Shown piece after piece: positions 8,625 to 18,863 of a stretch of 64,000 nt of DNA. Origin of the DNA: a bacterium (lineage in GTDB: Bacteria > Patescibacteriota > Minisyncoccia > Phycocordibacterales > UBA9973). The notes beneath the pieces are model-generated. The model was not told the origin of the DNA and did not search any database. It saw nothing but the letters and a program-made list of their open reading frames with translations. The stretch lies in the NCBI GenBank assembly GCA_037130655.1, contig JBAXSP010000002.1, positions 77,125 through 141,124 on the forward strand, given 5' to 3'. Numbering within the stretch: position 1 is the first letter of the stretch; the number at the start of each line of letters is the position of its first letter. Made by a program: the position numbers and the translations under genes.

Positions 8625-11600
8625 TTATTTTATCATAGTTACTACAATTGAATGAATAACAGTGTCATCCAATCCGACTTGAATCTTCCAATCACCTGCC
8701 GTCAATGTATTTTTGGGCAAGTTCAAGATATACCGATTATGATGCTTGGTAAAACATTCATCATCACTATCACAATCTCCGTCTTCATCAAGCTTGTTTG
8801 GATTGATTGATGCCTTGTATCCATCTGATACACGAGTCACCTTGATCCATGGTTTTTGTAATGGAATCTTTCCCTTACTTGCAGAAGTTACCCTAATACG
8901 AATTGGCAAGACTTTGCTCACTTTGTATTGACCGCCATCGACAATCTTTTTGAAATAAAAATCATACGGAGTCGCAGTGACCAACTCTTTTCCTGATTGA
9001 ATTGTTTTCTCTGGTGTTCCATCGCCATTAGTATCAATAGCTATGGTCACTGCGTCAGGATCATTGTCGGAGAGTTTTGATTGATTGATCGTGTATGTAT
9101 CAATTTCTCCGTTTGCTATAGGCATTACTGTTGCAGAAAATGCGGTATTTGAAGATCCTGAACCAGTAACAACATCAAATCCATATGAACTACCGGTACC
9201 ATCACCAACAACTTTGTAGGTATATGTATCATTCGGGAACAAGAAGAGCGCACTTTCTGTTTCAGGATTATAAAATGAATTTTCAATATCATTTTGAACA
9301 GTACCATTCACTAGGCCAGTAGTATTTCCGTTTGAATCAGTTATTTGCAATTCTACTGGACTATGTACAAAAACTTCTTGTTTATATTTGTTTGCAATGG
9401 CAAGTTTTTCAATCAAATTATCAGTATTGGCATATGAAATACCTTTGAAATATTTTGAAAGATTTTTGAGTTTGTTTGATACGTCTGACATATAGGTACC
9501 ATTCAATTGTCCTGTGCTATCTTTGCCAAAACCATTGTACCCCCAGACGGTTTTGATTTTCTTAATATCATCACAAGAGAATGTATAGCCGTCTTTGGTG
9601 ATCGTTCCATTCGAACAAGAATGATTTTGCGCGTATGAATATTTTTGTGAAAGTACAGCTAAACCATCTTTGATGTTTGCATATATTGACTGTGCTGTAT
9701 TTGAATATTGTTTATACAAAGGATTTGCGGTGCTGTGGTCATAGTTGTCATAAGTTTGCCCATATAACTTTCCCTTACTGTTATACAAAGCTTTGTAGCA
9801 TTTTTTGTATTCGTCTAAACCATCAATAATTTGATTTTGAGAATTTCTTAAGACATTTCTACAGTTTGCAAGCGTTATCAAACTCATAGCACCTCTCGGG
9901 TCATCTGCGTTTTTCTTAGAATTACTTTTCGCCTGCATTGTCACCTGACTGACACCGTGACCATAATCAAAACTAACATTTTCATTATCAAAATCACTTC
10001 CAGATTCTTGTGCAAAAATTGCCAAAATTAACTCTTTTGGAATGCTGTTGTTTTTGAGCTTGGAAATATTGAGTGAACTAACGTTATCATCCGAACTAAA
10101 CAATGACTTTGTTGTACTAGCATTGTTGTAATAATCATCAACTGCATCCAAAATCACTGCTTTTCTGTCTTTGGCATCAGTGATTTTTGTTTCTGAAATA
10201 TCCTTCAGGTTTGTTTGAATATTTTTGTCATACGGCAAGTACAGTACTTTAGTGGTCACATTTTTGTACGGTGTGTAATGTGTCGTATTATCTGTCGGAT
10301 CAATTACTTTGGCCCATTCAAAACTATCAGCAACAAGCTTGTTTCCGCTTGTATTTTTTCGAGTAACCACCTTGAGAGCAAAATCATTCGGTAATGTTTT
10401 GATCAATGTACCACCTGTTGTCGGGCTATCATAAAGTAGCGCCACACCATTTGGAGCATTGGCAATACGACTGTAGTACGTATCTGGTCCAGCGTTTTTC
10501 GGATCTTCGGTAAGCCATGGTGTATATGAAATATAATCAGAAACCACATCGCCAGCACCACCAGTATTCGACGAATGAGTTGGACCAGTATCACTTCCCC
10601 ACCAATTGTTTGAAAAATCGAGATTTGTCGTATCTTCAGTTTTGGCACCCGTTGTATTGCCATGAATACTGTTGTTTGTAATCGATCCAACAGTCACGTT
10701 GTTGATAAAATGCAAACCGAAATTATTGTTTTTGATTTCACTATTTGTAAGAGAAATAGTCGTATTATTCCAACCGCTATTACTAAAAGCAAATATTCCT
10801 GCATCAGTCGAACTTGCAACCGTTATGTTGTCACCAGAAAAAGTCGCTTGATTGAAAGTACTAATTCCATCATAAGAACTACCGATTGAAAGATTTGATG
10901 CAGTAAGATTTGAACCATTAAATACAAGCACCCCACTGTCTGATGAAGATAAGTCTCCGACTGTCGCACCATTTACCGTTACAGTACTCTGATTGAAAAT
11001 AAGCAGCGCGTCGGCACCAGCATTTTTGATACTGATGTTATTCAAGTCGGCCGTTGAATTTTGATAAAACTGCAATGGGTAACTATCTGTCGTATCGATA
11101 GTGATATTTGAAAGAGTGCTGGTACTTTTGTAAAAAGCCAATCCACTGCTAACTTTGGTGAGTGTTGTATTTGAAATCGTCGCAGTTCCTTCATTTGCAA
11201 AGAGTGTATCGCCTGCGTATCTGATATCAACATAATTCAAATTCAATGTTGCATTTTGACCGACATAAAAACCGTCAAAATCTCCTGATGAAGGAGCAGT
11301 GCTCGTTCCGTCATTATTACTATCGCCTCCGAGACTATCATCTGCATATGAGGTGAAGGTAATATGCTTTGTGCTGGTACCTTGGGCATTGAGTGTACCA
11401 ATGACACCGATTGAACCATTTGAGTCCGCAAACTTCACTACAACACCAGGATCAATAGTAAGGGTGACACTTGGTGCAATATAAACATCAGTTGAAATAA
11501 TATACGGACTACCTGTCTTAGTCCAAGTAGTATCGCTGGTAATATCGTTACTAATAATTGTTTTTGCCGATGTATGAAATTGTGGGAGGAGGAAAACTAC

Positions 11601-11660
11601 AAAAGAAAATCCGATGAACAGGATTCGGCGAACTTTGACAAAAGTCGCTTTGTTATTCAT
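8625..11660 (-). CDS. Large secreted protein: parallel beta-helix plus putative lysozyme/SLT-like domain plus C-terminal Ig-like domains
   Basis: Signal peptide, TTWT..GSPY and TLTIDPGVVVKF, beta-helix repeats, NNWWG, AIFAQES...GHGVSQV...NIKDG; start placed at MNNKA. Confidence 0.8.
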   Translation of the reverse strand: MNNKATFVKVRRILFIGFSFVVFLLPQFHTSAKTIISNDITSDTTWTKTGSPYIISTDVYIAPSVTLTIDPGVVVKFADSNGSIGVIGTLNAQGTSTKHITFTSYADDSLGGDSNNDGTSTAPSSGDFDGFYVGQNATLNLNYVDIRYAGDTLFANEGTATISNTTLTKVSSGLAFYKSTSTLSNITIDTTDSYPLQFYQNSTADLNNISIKNAGADALLIFNQSTVTVNGATVGDLSSSDSGVLVFNGSNLTASNLSIGSSYDGISTFNQATFSGDNITVASSTDAGIFAFSNSGWNNTTISLTNSEIKNNNFGLHFINNVTVGSITNNSIHGNTTGAKTEDTTNLDFSNNWWGSDTGPTHSSNTGGAGDVVSDYISYTPWLTEDPKNAGPDTYYSRIANAPNGVALLYDSPTTGGTLIKTLPNDFALKVVTRKNTSGNKLVADSFEWAKVIDPTDNTTHYTPYKNVTTKVLYLPYDKNIQTNLKDISETKITDAKDRKAVILDAVDDYYNNASTTKSLFSSDDNVSSLNISKLKNNSIPKELILAIFAQESGSDFDNENVSFDYGHGVSQVTMQAKSNSKKNADDPRGAMSLITLANCRNVLRNSQNQIIDGLDEYKKCYKALYNSKGKLYGQTYDNYDHSTANPLYKQYSNTAQSIYANIKDGLAVLSQKYSYAQNHSCSNGTITKDGYTFSCDDIKKIKTVWGYNGFGKDSTGQLNGTYMSDVSNKLKNLSKYFKGISYANTDNLIEKLAIANKYKQEVFVHSPVELQITDSNGNTTGLVNGTVQNDIENSFYNPETESALFLFPNDTYTYKVVGDGTGSSYGFDVVTGSGSSNTAFSATVMPIANGEIDTYTINQSKLSDNDPDAVTIAIDTNGDGTPEKTIQSGKELVTATPYDFYFKKIVDGGQYKVSKVLPIRIRVTSASKGKIPLQKPWIKVTRVSDGYKASINPNKLDEDGDCDSDDECFTKHHNRYILNLPKNTLTAGDWKIQVGLDDTVIHSIVVTMIK

Positions 11661-11710
11661 ATATTTGTAGTGTATAAATTTGCACAAATATTGAAAGTGT
11701 TTTTCTGTGG

Positions 11711-11772
11711 AAAAATAAAAAGTGCGCAAAATAATTTCTATATAGAAATTATTTTGCGCACTTTTTATTTTT
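11711..11772. repeat. 62-bp perfect palindrome (possible bidirectional terminator)
   Basis: AAAAATAAAAAGTGCGCAAAATAATTTCTA-TA-TAGAAATTATTTTGCGCACTTTTTATTTTT. Confidence 0.9.
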
Positions 11773-11775
11773 TAG

Positions 11776-12030
11776 TTACGCTGCTTTTGTGTACGGATTA
11801 TTCCGATCACTATCGTCTTGCCAAAGTTCTTTGTATGCCGCAAGTTTCAGATTGCCGACATACCACTCTCCGTCTCTTTGGTTTATCACCTCTTCAATTG
11901 CACCAGTTTCTTTTGAAATACGCGCACGAGCTTCTTCGAAAGATTCACTCACACTATTCGTTTCGATTTTTGGTATTTCTGTTTGTGGTACTTCTAGTCC
12001 CATTTTGAGTTGTTCCATTTGTCCTGACAT
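11776..12030 (-). CDS. Hypothetical protein
   Basis: Acidic 84-aa ORF with upstream TATAAT and downstream hairpin. Confidence 0.65.
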   Translation of the reverse strand: MSGQMEQLKMGLEVPQTEIPKIETNSVSESFEEARARISKETGAIEEVINQRDGEWYVGNLKLAAYKELWQDDSDRNNPYTKAA

Positions 12031-12161
12031 AAAATTGTTCGTATAAATGACAATATATCCATTATACTCCTTTTATTATTTGAGGTAAAAATTAATTTGA
12101 GTACGTTTTTGTCTTGACAGCATTCGGACGATATAAAAATATGACTACTTTTATTCGCTCC

Positions 12162-12665
12162 TCATTTGTCAAGATAAGAGTCGAAATATATTGCGTGACA
12201 AGTATAACCACCAGGGTTCTTTTGTAAATAATCTTGGTGGCAGTCTTCGGCTTTGTACCATTTGGTAAATGGCTCAAGTGTCGTCACCACCGGATGATCC
12301 CAGCGAGCAGAATCATTCACAATTTTAATGAAATCTTCGGCTTGTTTTTTCTCTTCGTTGTTTTGATAAAAGATCGCTGAGCGATACGAAGTGCCAACAT
12401 CATTACCTTGTTGGTTGAGTGTCGTTGGATTGTGAATTTGAAAAAAGAAATCGAGTAATTTCCAAAATGAAGTAACATTTGCATCATAAACAATTTCTAA
12501 TGCTTCGGCGTGGCCACGGTGATTTTCATACGTAGGAGTATCGATTGTTCCACCAGTGTAACCCGCAGTGATATCAATAATTCCTGGTTGTGTACGAAAC
12601 AGTTCTTCGAGCCCCCAGAAACATCCGCCTGCCAAATATGCTTTTTTGATTTGTTGTTCGTTCAT
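12162..12665 (-). CDS. msrA: Peptide-methionine (S)-S-oxide reductase
   Basis: GGCFWG, GHAEA, YRSAIF, HQDYL. Confidence 0.95.
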   Translation of the reverse strand: MNEQQIKKAYLAGGCFWGLEELFRTQPGIIDITAGYTGGTIDTPTYENHRGHAEALEIVYDANVTSFWKLLDFFFQIHNPTTLNQQGNDVGTSYRSAIFYQNNEEKKQAEDFIKIVNDSARWDHPVVTTLEPFTKWYKAEDCHQDYLQKNPGGYTCHAIYFDSYLDK

Positions 12666-13291
12666 ATATTTTTGTTAGGTTTTTGGTACTGTGTCATTTT
12701 ACCTGCTTCGCGTTCTATTTCATCTGCAAGACGTAACTTGTTCATGGTCTTTTTGGGACCGATATCATAATGCTTGATATATTCCAATTCATCATCAATC
12801 CCCCACAATCCGTATGCTTCTTCGGTCACCCAGTCATCGGCAAAGATTGAGAGATCAAGCGGTGCTGAATATTGTCGCAATGTTTTGGTGCCGTCGTCAG
12901 TGAAATATTCATTGAAATAAGACAGTGCCAATTCACGAATGTTTTTGTATACCGGATCACGAAAACGTAGTGAGTAATGATTGCTCTTGGATAATGCACC
13001 CCAATAGCCATCGACTTTGTATACTGCAACCACATGCTCATAATCTTCGTTGGTTGTTTTCAAATCCATCAGCAGTGGCTTGTGTCCGTGAAGCGAAAGA
13101 ATGTATGCACCCAAAATTGCCGCTTCGATACAGTGAGCGTTCCACTCTCGCATCACCAAGAGTGGAGACTTAAGTGAATTAACTTTGTCTAATTCAAAAT
13201 TGATTGGAATCTTATTCAAAAAGTCTTGGACTTTTGCAGGAGTGTTTAATTTTTTGAATAATGCTTTTTGCTCTTTGGTGAAATCTGCCAT
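12662..13291 (-). CDS. Transglutaminase-like hypothetical protein
   Basis: HCIEAA and DYEHVVA candidate Cys-His pair. Confidence 0.6.
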   Translation of the reverse strand: MADFTKEQKALFKKLNTPAKVQDFLNKIPINFELDKVNSLKSPLLVMREWNAHCIEAAILGAYILSLHGHKPLLMDLKTTNEDYEHVVAVYKVDGYWGALSKSNHYSLRFRDPVYKNIRELALSYFNEYFTDDGTKTLRQYSAPLDLSIFADDWVTEEAYGLWGIDDELEYIKHYDIGPKKTMNKLRLADEIEREAGKMTQYQKPNKNI

Positions 13292-13305
13292 AGATTTATT
13301 ATATC

Positions 13306-13348
13306 AAACAAAAGCGGCGGAACCCGAAGGGTTCCGCCGCTTTTGTTT
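13306..13348. terminator. Intrinsic terminator hairpin
   Basis: AAACAAAAGCGGCGGAACC-CGAAG-GGTTCCGCCGCTTTTGTTT. Confidence 0.85.
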
Positions 13349-13349
13349 A

Positions 13350-14636
13350 TTACTTTTCTTCGTCTGTTTTTTCTTTTGCAGCTTTAGCGGATGCAACTCC
13401 TGCAACATAACCCGTCGTCCAACAAAGTTGTAACGAGAATCCTCCAGATGGACGATTGATATGAAGGAGGTCTCCAGTCACATATAGATTTTTTACAATC
13501 TTTGATTGCATTGTTTTGGTGTCGATTTCAGTCATTGGTACACCACCATCAGCAACCACTGCACGATCAAATCCCATGAGTCCGGTGATAGTGACTGGTA
13601 ATGCTTTCAACAAATTGGCAATTTGTTTGCGTTCTTCTTTGGTGATACTGTGCACTTTTTTGTCGATATCAATACCATGACACAATGAAAGAATTGCTTC
13701 ACTCGTACCTTCGGGAGTCACTTGGTCAAACATGTTTTTGAGCATTTTATTTTTGTTTGTATCAAATGCTTTGATGAGTTTGTCTTCGAGTGCACCAAGA
13801 TCAGTATCAGGATATGCATCGATTGTTGCTGTCACCGCACCTTCATGAAGCAAGTTTTCTACTTTTTTTGCACTATTTAAAATGAGTGGACCAGAGAGCC
13901 CAAAGTGTGTGAACAAAATTTTGCCCAACTTTTTGAATGACTTCACTCCGTTTACATAAAACGTAATTCGCATAAAAGAGAGACTCACCCCAGAGAGTGA
14001 TTTGATCCATTCATCTGACACAGCGAGCGGCACGATGCTTGGTGTGGGTGGTGTGACACTATGACCGAGCCGAGCAAGCCATTTGAATCCGTCACCAGTT
14101 GAACCAGTTTCTGGATGTGATTGCCCGCCAGTTGCGAGAATATATTTTTCTGCAGTATATGTTCCCTTCTTGGTCAAAATAGAATGCACTTGGCCGTCTT
14201 TGGTTGGCTCAATTGCAGTCACTTGGCAATCAGTGTAAATACTCACGTCATACTTGATGAGTAGTTTTTCAAGTGTGCGAAATACATCGAGCGCGCGTTC
14301 AGACGCAGGAAATGCACGTTTACGTTCTTGTACAACAAGCGGTAGTCCATTTGATTCAAAAAACTCAAAGGTATCTTTCACTCCAAATTGTGAAAACGCA
14401 GAATGCAAAAATGGCGCACCATCGCCATAGTTCGCTAGCAGTTTTCTTGTGTCATATTCGGCATTGGTAATATTGCATCGTCCACCGCCGGTAATCTTCA
14501 GTTTCTCACCGAGGTTTTTGTTCTTTTCAAGAATCAATACTTTGGCACCGTTTTGCGCAGCAAAAATACCAGCAAGCATTCCTGATGCTCCTCCGCCAAT
14601 AATAATTACATCAAAGTGTTGACTCTTTTTACTCAT
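13350..14636 (-). CDS. HI0933/YhiN (BaiN-like) flavoprotein
   Basis: GGGASG, GEKLKITGGGRCNITN, ATGG.S.P.TGSTGDG, GGFSLQ. Confidence 0.92.
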   Translation of the reverse strand: MSKKSQHFDVIIIGGGASGMLAGIFAAQNGAKVLILEKNKNLGEKLKITGGGRCNITNAEYDTRKLLANYGDGAPFLHSAFSQFGVKDTFEFFESNGLPLVVQERKRAFPASERALDVFRTLEKLLIKYDVSIYTDCQVTAIEPTKDGQVHSILTKKGTYTAEKYILATGGQSHPETGSTGDGFKWLARLGHSVTPPTPSIVPLAVSDEWIKSLSGVSLSFMRITFYVNGVKSFKKLGKILFTHFGLSGPLILNSAKKVENLLHEGAVTATIDAYPDTDLGALEDKLIKAFDTNKNKMLKNMFDQVTPEGTSEAILSLCHGIDIDKKVHSITKEERKQIANLLKALPVTITGLMGFDRAVVADGGVPMTEIDTKTMQSKIVKNLYVTGDLLHINRPSGGFSLQLCWTTGYVAGVASAKAAKEKTDEEK

Positions 14637-14771
14637 AAAACGTTATTTAAACATGAAACCAAAGAATCGATTTACTTCGCTTTTTCTTTCTTCGGTTTCT
14701 TTGTTTCTTTTCTGCGACTGTTGTTGCCTTTTGCCATATGGAGTGATTATAACACAAATAATCGCAATTAT

Positions 14772-15635
14772 TTATCCAATTTTTAAAAGAATAATACCGA
14801 CAACACTTAAAAAGGCGAGTATCATTTTCTTTTTTGTCAGTTTTTCTTTGAAAAAAATAAAGCCAAAAATACCGGCAACAAAAGTATAAGCAGGATGTAT
14901 CGCGTAAACACCTGAAAGAGGTCCAAATGAAAGTGCTTTAAAAATTGCATAGCCTCCCAAAACAGAGAAAAATCCGATAAGCACTGATCCTTTCCAATAT
15001 TTACTCAATTGAGTTACTTCTTTAAATTTTCCTTTTTCAAAAATATATGCAATACACAATCCCAAAAGTGCTGCACCTAAATATTGCCAAATCATAAAAT
15101 GAGTAACAGAATCATGATCAGCTCCCATTTTTTGAATATACTTTGAGGCCGTTGAAGATGCAATGATTCCAAGAGAAAGAAGTATCGTTCTTTGGTCTAA
15201 AGGAAATGAACCGCTTTTTCTTGTATAAAGAAAGACTGAAATCAAAATAATTGAAATGCCTAAGGTTTGAACAATGGAAATATGTTCAGATAATACTGTA
15301 ATACCTATTAAAACAGTCACAATACTTCCGATTGACGAAGTTACTGGGTATAAAGAATTTGTTTCAATGTTCTGAAGTAAAATTTTTTGCAAGACCATAT
15401 TAATCGCAAAAAATCCTCCCCAAATTATTGCATACCAAGAAACAGTTGAAATCCCATTCAATAGATCGTTTTTATTAAATAAAAAGAGCGCAGATAATAC
15501 AAAAAGCGCAGAAAAAAGATTGGTCCAGAAAGTAGAAAGAAAACTACTATACCCCTTGAAAGAAGGCATTTTATATAAAGACATCGATATGCCGAGCAAT
15601 ATTGTGGAAGCAATCGAATACGGAAGCCAATACAT
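14772..15635 (-). CDS. EamA/DMT family transporter
   Basis: About 10 TM helices in two repeats, LSEHIS and FKEKLT. Confidence 0.85.
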   Translation of the reverse strand: MYWLPYSIASTILLGISMSLYKMPSFKGYSSFLSTFWTNLFSALFVLSALFLFNKNDLLNGISTVSWYAIIWGGFFAINMVLQKILLQNIETNSLYPVTSSIGSIVTVLIGITVLSEHISIVQTLGISIILISVFLYTRKSGSFPLDQRTILLSLGIIASSTASKYIQKMGADHDSVTHFMIWQYLGAALLGLCIAYIFEKGKFKEVTQLSKYWKGSVLIGFFSVLGGYAIFKALSFGPLSGVYAIHPAYTFVAGIFGFIFFKEKLTKKKMILAFLSVVGIILLKIG

Positions 15636-15667
15636 ATTATTGTGATTGTAACATCAATTGATGTGAC

Positions 15668-17140
15668 TTACTTGTCTAAATCTAAAACTTCATCAATCCG
15701 AATTTGAGCTACAAATTCCGGTACGTGAGAAACTAGAATCATCGCACCTTCATAATCACTGAGCGCTTTGGCAATGATCGGCAAGTGACGGAAATTGATG
15801 TGGTTGGTCGGCTCGTCTAAGATAAGCATTCCTGGTCGTTCGATAACCAGTCGCGCAAATGCAACGAGACCTTTTTGTCCTTCTGAAAGTGTGCCAATCT
15901 TACTTTTGATAACATCACCAGTAATCAGGAAACTTGCCGCAATTGAGCGAAGTTCATGTTCATCAATACGCCCCAATGTTTCCATCATCGCTTTTGATAA
16001 TGATTCATAAACAGTGTGTTCGAAATTGAGTGTTGAAAAATCTTGACGGTAATAGCCGACTTTGATGTCTGGAGTTATGCGCACCCCAGGAGCTTTGCCT
16101 CCGACGATACTTTCAAGCAATGTTGATTTACCGATACCATTTGGACCAGCCAGCAAGAGGTGCTGTTTTTTCTTCAAAGAAATCTTTGCTTTGCGTTCGA
16201 CGACTTTGTGATTCTTCATAATCGTAAAAGATTCGATTTCTGCAATCGCACCAATGATGTCTTCTTGGCATGGAATTTTGAATGGACGAATCGTGCGGTC
16301 TTCTTTGCGAACATCAACAATCTCTTCTTCCAAATCTTCAGCGAGTTCACGCATGCGTTTTGCAACGAGACGAAGTCGTCCTCCTTTGTGGGCAAATTCA
16401 TTGGCCTTTTCTTTTTTGGCTTGGATTTGCTTTTGCAATTGAGCGTTTGCCATATTTTCTTTTTCAACACGAGCAGTGATGTCTTTCAATACGTTGTGGT
16501 AGTTACCGACATATTGTTCAACAACTTTTGTATAAACATCGAGATATAGGACTCCTTCAGTAAAGGCGTTCAAAAATTCTGCATCATGAGAAATAACCAA
16601 CACGGTTTTTTTGTAATCAATAAGAAAATCTGTCAGGTGCGCAATACCCGCTTTGTCGAGATTGTTTGTTGGTTCATCGAGCAAAAGCAAATCTGGATCT
16701 TGGATCAGTGCAGATGCGAGCAAAAGGCGTGCTTGTTGTCCACCAGAGAATGTATTCAAGATGCGGTCATGCACATCTTTGTGTCCAACCAAGTTCACCA
16801 CTTCGAGCACTTCATCGATACGAGGATCAATATCATACACTGGCTTTTTGAAACACTTCTGGAAAAATGCACGGACAGTCAATTTTAAATCTTCGCGAGG
16901 AATAACTTGGCGAGCAATTGCAATCGTCACACCATCGACAATATTGATAATTCCATCTTCTGGTTTATTGTCACCAGTAATGAGTCCGAAAATCGTACTT
17001 TTACCGGCACCATTTTGCCCCATGAGTGTCAGCTTGGCGCCACGGCGAATCGAAAAAGAAACCTCATTAAGAATAGGTTTTTGCGGGCCGTGTTCAAATG
17101 ATACTTTGTCGAATCGTACGATTGCTTCACCTTTTGACAT
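15668..17140 (-). CDS. ABC-F family ATPase
   Basis: Two ABC cassettes (GQNGAGKS, GPNGIGKS, LDEPTN twice), no TM domain. Confidence 0.92.
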   Translation of the reverse strand: MSKGEAIVRFDKVSFEHGPQKPILNEVSFSIRRGAKLTLMGQNGAGKSTIFGLITGDNKPEDGIINIVDGVTIAIARQVIPREDLKLTVRAFFQKCFKKPVYDIDPRIDEVLEVVNLVGHKDVHDRILNTFSGGQQARLLLASALIQDPDLLLLDEPTNNLDKAGIAHLTDFLIDYKKTVLVISHDAEFLNAFTEGVLYLDVYTKVVEQYVGNYHNVLKDITARVEKENMANAQLQKQIQAKKEKANEFAHKGGRLRLVAKRMRELAEDLEEEIVDVRKEDRTIRPFKIPCQEDIIGAIAEIESFTIMKNHKVVERKAKISLKKKQHLLLAGPNGIGKSTLLESIVGGKAPGVRITPDIKVGYYRQDFSTLNFEHTVYESLSKAMMETLGRIDEHELRSIAASFLITGDVIKSKIGTLSEGQKGLVAFARLVIERPGMLILDEPTNHINFRHLPIIAKALSDYEGAMILVSHVPEFVAQIRIDEVLDLDK

Positions 17141-17235
17141 AGAACAAATAGTGTATCATATTTTTGATCGAAACTCCAAATAATTTTCTGACAATATTAA
17201 CAAGCCATTATTTTTGATGCGTATATACTATATAT

Positions 17236-17406
17236 ATGTCTACTATTCAAGCAACATTACACACCATTTGGGTGTCATTACTTACACTCGGTATTATTAG
17301 AGTTATTATTGCAGTTCTTATTATTGGTCTTCTTGCTCGTTTCCAAAAATTACTTGGACTACTTGCAGCGATTTTATTTATTGCTTTTTTGGCGCATTGG
17401 ATTTAA
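17236..17406 (+). CDS. Small 56-aa membrane protein
   Basis: Manual translation MSTIQATLHTIWVSLL...LAHWI; TATACT just upstream, terminator downstream; below the ORF-track size cutoff. Confidence 0.6.
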   Translation: MSTIQATLHTIWVSLLTLGIIRVIIAVLIIGLLARFQKLLGLLAAILFIAFLAHWI

Positions 17407-17413
17407 TACGCAC

Positions 17414-17458
17414 AAATAAAAAGTGGCGGGACACGAAGTGTCCCGCCACTTTTTATTT
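17414..17458. terminator. Bidirectional terminator
   Basis: AAATAAAAAGTGGCGGGACA-CGAAG-TGTCCCGCCACTTTTTATTT between convergent genes. Confidence 0.85.
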
Positions 17459-17908
17459 ATTCAAATTTTTAACATCTTCCAAAATTTCAACAGCGTGAGA
17501 ACCTGGGTCAACTTTTGGATATGACTTGATTACCATTCCTTTTTTGTCGAGAATATATGAAATACGACTCGTACCACCAGTACTATGAGCTGCACCGTAA
17601 GCAGTAATCATTGTTTTATCGGGATCAGAAAGTAAAGTGAACGGTAGATTATACTTTGCACGAAACTTAATATGCTTATCCGGCTTGTCTACAGACACAC
17701 CAAATACCTTAATCCCCGCTTTTTCAAAAGCTTTGTAAGAATCAGTAATAGCACAAGCTTCTCGTGTACAGCCAGGAGTATCATCTTTTGGATAAAAGTA
17801 GATTAACGTATAGGTACCAAGGGTATCTTTGAGGGTCCAGATTTTGCCATCTTGATCGGGCAATGAGAAATCTGGAGCTTTAGTCTTCATGTTTAACATG
17901 CTTTTCAT
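17453..17908 (-). CDS. bcp: Peroxiredoxin Q/BCP
   Basis: APDFSL, YFYPKDDTPGCTREAC. Confidence 0.92.
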   Translation of the reverse strand: MKSMLNMKTKAPDFSLPDQDGKIWTLKDTLGTYTLIYFYPKDDTPGCTREACAITDSYKAFEKAGIKVFGVSVDKPDKHIKFRAKYNLPFTLLSDPDKTMITAYGAAHSTGGTSRISYILDKKGMVIKSYPKVDPGSHAVEILEDVKNLNK

Positions 17909-18198
17909 TATAGCATATTGACAAGTTTAAAACTAATTTGTATTTCGTCACCAGTAAAAATTCCTTCTTGTTTGCGAACACTACTTTTGATCGCAATCAA
18001 GTATGCTTGCGAAAGTTTGTGTGGCAAAAGCGATGTCTCCCACGAAGTTTTGCCAGTAGTAAATGTTCCTCGCAACAATCCTTTACCGTGTGTTTCTTTG
18101 ATTTGAGCAGAAAGCTTTTTGTCGAGTGTGACAAAATGCCACCCTCCATCCCCTGGCCATTTCCACACACGAGCTTTGATTTTATATAACCGCTTCAT
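17908..18198 (-). CDS. DUF1905 domain protein
   Basis: GGWHFV, SWETSLLP, AIKSSVRK. Confidence 0.8.
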   Translation of the reverse strand: MKRLYKIKARVWKWPGDGGWHFVTLDKKLSAQIKETHGKGLLRGTFTTGKTSWETSLLPHKLSQAYLIAIKSSVRKQEGIFTGDEIQISFKLVNML

Positions 18199-18237
18199 CT
18201 AAGTATTCTACCAAATTATCGTGATACACTTATATAT

Positions 18238-18810
18238 ATGAAAGAAACATTCGCAATTATTGCAACCATTATGGCGGTTGTCGGAAATATTCCTTATCTT
18301 CGCGATGTCATCAAAGAAAAAGTACAACCACATGCATACACGTGGCTCGTATGGAGTATCGTCTCATGTGTGACATTTTTCGGGCAACTTGCCAAAGGTG
18401 CAGGACTTGGCGCAATCCCTACCGGAGCATCAGAAATATTCACCATCATTATCTTTTTCTTTTCACTCAAAAACGGTTTCAAACACGTAACCAAAACAGA
18501 TACCGTCTTTCTGATTGTCGCATTGCTCGGGCTGATTCCTTGGGCGTTGACCAATGACCCAACTATTTCTGTCATCATCGTTGTTGCAATTGATTTGATT
18601 GCATTCATTCCAACACTTCGCAAAACATACAACTATCCGCACAGTGAAAATGTCTGGCTCTATAGTATGAATGTCACCCGTCACGCACTCGCACTATTTG
18701 CACTCCAAGCATACAACGTAGCAACGGTTCTACATTCAATCGTAATGATTATCACCAACTCACTAATGACAATTTTCATCAAAACCAGTAAAAATCGGAA
18801 GTGTTGGTGA
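18238..18810 (+). CDS. Multi-pass membrane protein (PQ-loop-like)
   Basis: IPYLRD..K..QPH..TW and IPTLRKTY..P.SE repeats. Confidence 0.7.
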   Translation: MKETFAIIATIMAVVGNIPYLRDVIKEKVQPHAYTWLVWSIVSCVTFFGQLAKGAGLGAIPTGASEIFTIIIFFFSLKNGFKHVTKTDTVFLIVALLGLIPWALTNDPTISVIIVVAIDLIAFIPTLRKTYNYPHSENVWLYSMNVTRHALALFALQAYNVATVLHSIVMIITNSLMTIFIKTSKNRKCW

Positions 18811-18863
18811 TATAGATAATATTCTTTACCTTATTAAAAAACCACCCATCGGATGGTTTCTTT

